Source: an uncultured Acidimicrobiales bacterium (lineage in GTDB: Bacteria; Actinomycetota; Acidimicrobiia; Acidimicrobiales; VFJN01). Taken from it: a stretch of DNA of 64,000 nucleotides. A program made the position numbers and the translations under genes. Under the pieces are notes generated by a model. The model had not been told where the DNA came from. It searched no databases and saw only the letters and a list, made by a program, of their open reading frames with translations. This document shows, one piece after another, positions 59,765-64,000 of this stretch; position 1 is the first letter of the stretch; each line of letters starts with the position of its first letter. Location of the stretch: NCBI GenBank assembly GCA_963842015.1, contig CAWJFG010000021.1, positions 174,631 to 238,630 on the forward strand. Direction: 5' to 3'.

Positions 59765-61397
59765 ATGCACGGGCTCATGCAGGACTTTCCGCTGACGCTC
59801 CCGCACCTGCACACGCGGGCCGAGCGACTCTTCGCCGACAAGCAGGTGGTGACCGTCACGGCCGCGGGGAAGCAGACGGTCACCTACGGCGAGTGGGCCG
59901 ACCGCACCCGCCGGCTGGGCGGGGTCCTCGACACGCTGGGCATCAGCGCCGACGGCCGCGTGGGCACGTTCGGGTGGAACACGGCCCGCCACCTCGAGCT
60001 CTACTTCGCCGCGCCGTGCACCAACCGCGTGCTGCACGCACTCAACATCCGCCTGTTCCCCGAGCAGATGGTCTACGTGGCCAACCACGCGGAGGACGAG
60101 GTCGTCTTCGTCGACAAGTCGCTGGCCAAGCTCGTGTGGCCGCTGTTCGAGCACTTCAAGACCGTCCGCAACATCGTGGTCATGGACGACGGCGCAGGCG
60201 AGGTCCCCGACGCGCCAGCCGGCAAGGACGTGCACGACTACGAGGAGCTGCTGGCCGCGGCATCCCCGGTCGCGTTCGACGTGCGCGACGAGAACCAGGC
60301 CGCCTCGATGTGTTACACGAGCGGCACCACCGGCAACCCCAAGGGCGTCGTCGTACTCGCACCGCTCGACGTTCCTGCACACCTACGGGGTGCTGACCTC
60401 GGGCGGGCTCGGGCCCACCGAGGAGGACCGGGTCCTGCCGGTCGTGCCCATGTTCCACGCCAACGCCTGGGGCCTCGCCCACGCCGCCGTGGCCTGCGGC
60501 GCCGACCTCGTCATGCCCGGGCCCGACCTGTCGCCGAAGGGCCTGGCGGCGCTCATCGAGTCCGAGCGGGTGACCCTCGCCGCCGGCGTGCCCACCATCT
60601 GGATGGGGGTGCTCCCCGAGCTCGAGGGACGCGACACGTCCAGCCTGCGCGCCATCCCGTGCGGCGGCTCGGCCGTGCCGCGCTCCCTGTCCGAGGCGTA
60701 CCGCGAGAAGGTCGGCCTGCCCATCACCCAGGCATGGGGCATGACCGAGACCTCGCCGGTGGCCTCGAGCGGCCACATCAAGTCGACGCTCGCCGCCGCG
60801 CTCGACGACGAGGCCAAGGCCGACCTGCGCACCACGGTGGGCCAGCCGCTGTTCGGCGTCGAGGCGCGCATCGTGCAGCCGGGCTCGAGCGAGGAGCAGC
60901 CGTGGGACGGCGAGTCGTCGGGCGAGCTGCAGGTGCGCGGACCGTGGATCGCGTCGACCTACTACAACGACGAGCGGGCGTCCGAGTCCTTCACCGACGA
61001 CGGCTGGCTCAAGACCGGCGACGTCGCCACCATCGACCCGCACGGGTACATCCAGCTGCGCGACCGCACGAAGGACGTGATCAAGTCGGGCGGCGAGTGG
61101 ATCAGCTCGGTCGAGCTCGAGAACGAGATCATGGGCCATCCGGCGGTCGCCGAGGCCGCTGTCATCGGCCTGCCCCACCCCAAGTGGAGCGAGCGTCCGC
61201 TGGCCTGCGTGGTGCTGCGCGAGGGTGAGACGGCCACGAAGGACGAGATCGTCACCTTCCTCGACGGCCGCGTCGCCAAGTGGTGGCTGCCCGACGACGT
61301 GGTCTTCGTGGCCGAGATCCCCAAGACGAGCGTGGGCAAGTTCTCGAAGAAGGACCTGCGCACCCAGTTCGCCGACTACACGCTGCCGACCGCCTGA
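59765..61397 (+). pseudogene. Long/medium-chain fatty-acid-CoA ligase (FadD-like), frame disrupted at about 60353 (pseudogene or assembly indel)
   Basis: The 59765 frame carries MCYTSGTTGNPKGVV. The +1 frame continues YSHRSTFLHTYGVLTSGGLG...PMFHANAWG...GWLKTGD...IKSGGEWISS to the stop at 61397. Confidence 0.85.
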
Positions 61398-61449
61398 CGA
61401 GGTCGTCCGGGTCGTCGTTCGACCCGGGCCGGATCGCTACCTTGGCGCC

Positions 61450-62661
61450 GTGACGGAAGGGACCCACACGTCGAGCGGGCTGCGGCGGTGGTTCTGGCGC
61501 CCGCCACGCGCCCACGGCGAGACGATCACCGATCGCACGGTCAGCTTCCTCGAGCTGTTCTACGACCTGGTCTACGTGGCCGTCATCGGGCAGGCGGCCC
61601 ACCACCTCGCGGAGCACGTCACGGCCCGGGGGGTCGCCGAGTTCGCGGTCGTCTTCGGCATGATCTGGGCTGCGTGGATCAACGGGTCGCTCTACCTCGA
61701 GCTCCACGGCCGAGAGGACGGCCGGACGCGGATCGCCGTGTTCGTCCAGATGGGGATCCTGGTGCTGCTGGCGGTGTACACGGGCGATGCCGCAGGCGAC
61801 GGCGGCACCGGCTTCGCCATGGTCTACGCCGTGTTCCTCGCGGTGATGACCTGGCTCTGGTACAGCGTCCGACGCCAGGATCGCCAGGACCACACCGAGT
61901 TCGTGGCCCCCGCCGGCCGCTACGTGCTCGGCATGTCGGTGGCGGTGCTGGTGATCGTCGCCAGCGCCTTCCTGCCCGATGCGCCGCGGCTCATCGTCTG
62001 GACCGGCTTCTGCGTCGCCTGGCTGGTGGGCATCGCGCTGATCGCGCGGTTGGCGGTCACCCAGGACGGCCTGCCGCCCACCGACTCGCTGGTGGAGCGG
62101 TTCGGGCTGTTCACGATCATCGTCCTCGGTGAGGTGGTCTTCGGCGTCGTCGACGGCCTGTCCACGCCCGACCGCGGCGCGCTCGTGATCGTGACGGGGC
62201 TGATCGCCCTCGTCATCGGCTTCGGCTTCTGGTGGATCTACTTCGACCTGGTCGGGCGGAGGCCGCCCCGCGACGAGGGCGGGCCTCTCGTCACGTGGAT
62301 GCTCAGCCACCTGCCGATCACGCTGTCGATCGCCGCTGCCGGCGCCGCGATGGTCAGCCTGATCGGCCACGCCGGCGACGACCGCACACCGTCCGGCACC
62401 GCCTGGCTGCTGGCCGGCGCGGTCGCGGTGGGTCTGGTCTCACTCGTCCTCACCGAGCAGGCGCTGGTCGACGCGGTGCGGCTCGACACGGTGTACCGGC
62501 CCCTCCGGATCGCGTTGGCGGTCGGCGCCGTCGCCGCGCTCGTCGCCGGCTGGGCCCACCCCGCGCCCTGGCTCTTCGGGCTGATCCTCGTGGCGATCCT
62601 GGTGGTGGTGTGGCTGTTCGCCGCCAGCCGCTTCCTGCGAGCCGACGCCTGGCACCCGTAG
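61450..62661 (+). CDS. ltrA: Low temperature requirement protein A (LtrA) family membrane protein
   Basis: GTG 61450. Contains VSFLELFYDLVYVAVIGQ and has multiple TM helices; 403 aa. Confidence 0.8.
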   Translation: MTEGTHTSSGLRRWFWRPPRAHGETITDRTVSFLELFYDLVYVAVIGQAAHHLAEHVTARGVAEFAVVFGMIWAAWINGSLYLELHGREDGRTRIAVFVQMGILVLLAVYTGDAAGDGGTGFAMVYAVFLAVMTWLWYSVRRQDRQDHTEFVAPAGRYVLGMSVAVLVIVASAFLPDAPRLIVWTGFCVAWLVGIALIARLAVTQDGLPPTDSLVERFGLFTIIVLGEVVFGVVDGLSTPDRGALVIVTGLIALVIGFGFWWIYFDLVGRRPPRDEGGPLVTWMLSHLPITLSIAAAGAAMVSLIGHAGDDRTPSGTAWLLAGAVAVGLVSLVLTEQALVDAVRLDTVYRPLRIALAVGAVAALVAGWAHPAPWLFGLILVAILVVVWLFAASRFLRADAWHP

Positions 62662-62674
62662 GGCCCACGTATCG

Positions 62675-64000
62675 TCAGCCGCTGTTGCGCAGGGCGGTGG
62701 CCAGGCCGTTGATCGTGAGCTGGATGCCGCGCTTGGTCAGCTCGTGGTGGTCGCCCGAACGCCAGCGCCGCAGCAGCTCGACCTGCAGGTGGTTGAGGGC
62801 GTCGACGTAGGGGAACCTGTGGCGCAGGCTGCGGGTCATCGCCGGGTTGTCGGCCAGCAGCGTCGGCCGCCCGGTCACCGCCAGCACCATCGCCACCGAC
62901 CGCTCGTGCTCGGCCACGATCACGTCGAGCACCCTGTCGCGGAGCTCGGCGTCGGTGACGAGGCCGGCGTAGCGGCGGGCGATGCTGAGGTCGGACTTGG
63001 CCAGCACCATGTCCATGTTCGACATCACCGTGCGGAGGAACGGCCACCGGTCGTGCAGGTCGCGCAGCCGGGCCAGCCGGTCCGCGTCGTCGCCGACCCA
63101 GTCGGCCAGGGCCGTGCCGGTGCCGTACCAGCCCGGCAGCATGATGCGCGACTGCGACCACGAGAAGACCCAGGGAATGGCTCGCAGATCCTCGATGCGG
63201 CCGGACGCGGTGCGCGAGGCGGGGCGGCTGCCGAGGTTGAGCTCGGCGATCTCGGTGAGCGGCGTCGCCTCGCCGAACCACGTGGCGAACCCGGGGGTCT
63301 CGTACACGAGGGCGCGGTAGGCGCGCCGGGCGGAGTCGGCGAGATCGTCCATCAGGGCGTACGCGGCGGGGGCATCGTCGCCGAGGCCCTCGACGTCGAG
63401 CAGGCTCGACTCGAGCGTGGCCGCCACCAGCGACTCGAGGTTGCGGCGCGCCATCTCGGGGTCGGCGTACTTGGCCGCCCGGACCTCCCCCTGCTCGGTG
63501 AGGCGCAGGCAGCCGCGGACGCTGCCCTGGGGCTGGGCGAGGATCGCCTCGTAGCTCGGTCCTCCACCCCGGCCGACGGTGCCGCCCCGGCCGTGGAACA
63601 GCCGCAGGCGCACGCCGGCGGCCCGGAACACGTCGACGAGATCGACCTCGGCCCGGTAGAGCGCCCAGTTGGCCGCCAGGTATCCGCCGTCCTTGTTCGA
63701 GTCGGAGTACCCGAGCATGACCTCCTGCACGTCGCCGCGCGAGCGCAGCAGGGCGCGGTAGCGGGGGAGCGCGAGGAGCTCCGCCATCGTCGCTCCGGCG
63801 GCTCGCAGGTCGTCGATGGTCTCGAACAGGGGCACGATGCCGGGCCGCAGATCGGGCCGGTCACCGGCGTGCACGAGGCCGGCCTCCTTCAGCAGGAGCG
63901 CCACCTCGAGCACGTCGCTGACCGTCTCGCACTTGGAGATCACGTAGTTGGGCACGGCCTCGGGCCCGAGGTCCTCGATGGCGCCCGCCGCCGCCCGCAC
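62675..64000 (-). CDS. ppc: Phosphoenolpyruvate carboxylase, C-terminal 441 aa (N-terminus beyond the right edge)
   Basis: [27 protein letters not shown], and the C-terminus [12 protein letters not shown]. Confidence 0.93.
   Translation of the reverse strand: MRAAAGAIEDLGPEAVPNYVISKCETVSDVLEVALLLKEAGLVHAGDRPDLRPGIVPLFETIDDLRAAGATMAELLALPRYRALLRSRGDVQEVMLGYSDSNKDGGYLAANWALYRAEVDLVDVFRAAGVRLRLFHGRGGTVGRGGGPSYEAILAQPQGSVRGCLRLTEQGEVRAAKYADPEMARRNLESLVAATLESSLLDVEGLGDDAPAAYALMDDLADSARRAYRALVYETPGFATWFGEATPLTEIAELNLGSRPASRTASGRIEDLRAIPWVFSWSQSRIMLPGWYGTGTALADWVGDDADRLARLRDLHDRWPFLRTVMSNMDMVLAKSDLSIARRYAGLVTDAELRDRVLDVIVAEHERSVAMVLAVTGRPTLLADNPAMTRSLRHRFPYVDALNHLQVELLRRWRSGDHHELTKRGIQLTINGLATALRNSG

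Overview
This is a very GC-rich window (by eye about 70%, not computed) of bacterial chromosome. It consists almost entirely of core housekeeping genes in an arrangement typical of Actinomycetota. Blocks, in order:
- ffh-rpsP-KH-rimM-trmD-rplS
- DUF2469-yraN-comM/yifB-dprA-xerC-whiG-like sigma factor-M23 peptidase
- rpsB-tsf-pyrH-frr-cdsA-dxr-rseP-ispG, then proS
- rimP-nusA-ylxR-infB-DUF503-rbfA-truB
- an inserted OYE/cbs/cystathionine gamma-lyase block
- ribF, rpsO-pnp-M16 peptidase, an ABC-F ATPase, dapB
- a more accessory right-hand third: acyl-CoA ligases, DapA-like, BluB-like, YaaA, hemolysin III, nitroreductase, typA, a LIV-type ABC importer, DedA, methyltransferase, LtrA, and the 3' part of ppc.

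I found no rRNA, tRNA, CRISPR array, transposase, integrase other than xerC, or recognisable defence or toxin genes. I cannot honestly nominate a novel multi-gene system.

The most unusual signal is a set of up to seven reading-frame disruptions in otherwise well-conserved genes: typA, the ABC importer (three), a fadD-like ligase, the ribF 5' end and the M23/hydrolase junction. Six of the seven behave as if the sequence carries one extra base, and five of them cluster at 51.6-60.4 kb. If repaired, the ABC importer would be a single permease-permease-ATPase-ATPase polypeptide.

Secondary observations are structured leaders (rpsO-pnp, proS-rimP, upstream of the M23 peptidase), a TGACCG repeat array between rimM and trmD, palindromes upstream of the ABC importer, and low-complexity extensions on CdsA and PNPase. 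Many long alternate-frame and antisense ORFs in the track are high-GC artefacts.
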